Of a stretch of DNA of 64,000 nt, positions 62,687 to 64,000 are shown one piece after another. Within the stretch, counting starts at the first letter, position 1, and the number at the start of each line of letters is the position of its first letter. The stretch covers positions 18,550,738-18,614,737 of the forward strand of contig NC_068988.1 of assembly GCF_001194135.2 (NCBI RefSeq). The letters are read 5' to 3'. Position numbers and translations under genes: made by a program. The notes beneath the pieces were generated by a model that searched no databases, was not told the origin of the DNA, and saw only the letters and a list, made by a program, of their open reading frames with translations. The stretch is from Octopus bimaculoides. Taxonomy: Eukaryota.

Positions 62687-63764
62687 TTGAAATAAACAAT
62701 ACAGATTTGGATACTTTGATGTCATTCCTTATTGTTTTTGTTGTTGTATATACATAGCTTGTTAAAACAGAAACTCCCTAAACAGTTATACATATAGTAA
62801 GATCAAATTTAACCCTTTTGTTACCGCATCTATTTTGAGATGTTCTGTGTTTCTTTCAATTACTTTAGATATAACAAAGAATTTAGTAAAATAACTTAGT
62901 TTCGTTAGAAAACAAATGATGTTCGCCAAATCAGAAAGATCCCTAGTTTTTTTTATAGAGTTAGAATATGTCTAAACTATGAAGTGTTTGACAGCATATA
63001 AAGCTCACTCCAATTTCAGCTGCACATATTCAGGAGGAAAGATTTTAGTGCATTAAAGCTTGTGGAGATCTGACTACATATACGGAACTTGGGAGTGGTT
63101 TTTTGAGATATTTCCTCTGGAAAAATGGGTGCATTTCCATGCCAATAATATAGCAAGTCATGTGATCACAGTAACAAGCTTGCAATAAGGTTAAATATAA
63201 AGCAATTCTTAGGAACTTTGTAAGGAATTGTGGTTTCTGGTGAACAATTTTGGGAGAAACCATTTTACATTGTATATAAGCAATAATTCATGCATGGTAA
63301 TGACTACTATGGCTGTGGAATTGGTACACAAAATGTTTGATGACAACTTTGATTCCTCTATTTGTAATTAGGCTAATCAGATATATCTAATTTTGAATGA
63401 CAGCTCACAACATATTTGACCTATGTGAATCAAGATACTTTTTAGTACTCTGTTCGGTAAAGGTTATTGTGGCTTTTTGTGTTATTAAAGAAGTTCTAAA
63501 CAATTAAGCAGAAAATAAAACTAAAAGAGGCAAGTATAAAAGAAATAGACTTTAAAAAATCAAAGAAAATCAGGAATATCTTTATTTACATCATAAATAA
63601 AACTAAAAGGTTTGAACATCTACAGCAATTTATCAAATGACTGTTTTATTAAATAGACTCAATTTGATACATGAAACTTCATTTTGAGATTAAAACCTTG
63701 TTCGAGTATAAAATTTAAGTGAATGTAACAAGAAAGATGACATCAAAATCCAATAAAAATGATA

Positions 63765-63967
63765 TACTCTTTTACTTGTTTCAGTCATTTGACTGCAGCC
63801 ATGCTGGAGCACCGCCTTTATTCGAGCAAATCGACCCCAGGACTTATTCTTTGGAAGCCTAGTACTTATTCTATTGGTCTCTTTTGCCGAACCGCTAAGT
63901 TACAGGGATGTAAACACACCAGCATCGGTTGTCAAGCGATGTTGGGGGGACAAACACAGACACACAA

Positions 63968-64000
<33 letters not shown>
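63765..64000 (-). mobile_element. SINE family B 3' part (runs off the window)
   Basis: Family B tail and microsatellite. Confidence 0.8.

Noticed and set aside
1-64000. CRISPR arrays, rRNA or bona fide tRNA genes
   Set aside because: Eukaryotic DNA; regular repeats are SINE-internal or microsatellites, and tRNA-like sequences are SINE heads or the PBS, not full cloverleafs.

Overview
AT-rich, repeat-dense animal genomic DNA with many N gaps. The SINE/MITE repertoire and (TA)n/(CA)n microsatellites suggest an octopus draft assembly (inference). Two genes can be reconstructed. RPL35 (60S protein uL29) is complete on the minus strand: 4 coding exons, 123 aa, a 5'TOP start and a polyA signal. 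ARPC5/ARPC5L (Arp2/3 p16 subunit) is head-to-head with it on the plus strand; only its first two coding exons are present, separated by a ~15.5 kb U12-type (minor spliceosome) GT-AG intron. Almost everything else is transposon-derived: several tRNA-derived SINE families, hAT- and piggyBac-like MITEs, a Merlin-like long-TIR MITE, decayed RTE/CR1/R4-like LINE fragments, a Helitron-like element with telomere-like repeats and a Penelope-type hammerhead-like motif. There is also a 2.46 kb non-autonomous LTR element whose tRNA-Trp primer-binding site is extended to ~32 nt and triplicated. Most ORFs in the supplied track are artefacts of N gaps, microsatellites or SINEs. I found no convincing wholly new biological system. 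The best leads are the minor intron and its nearby dsRNA structures, the RPL35-ARPC5 pairing, the LTR PBS anomaly and the Merlin-like element. Repeat boundaries without TSDs are approximate.
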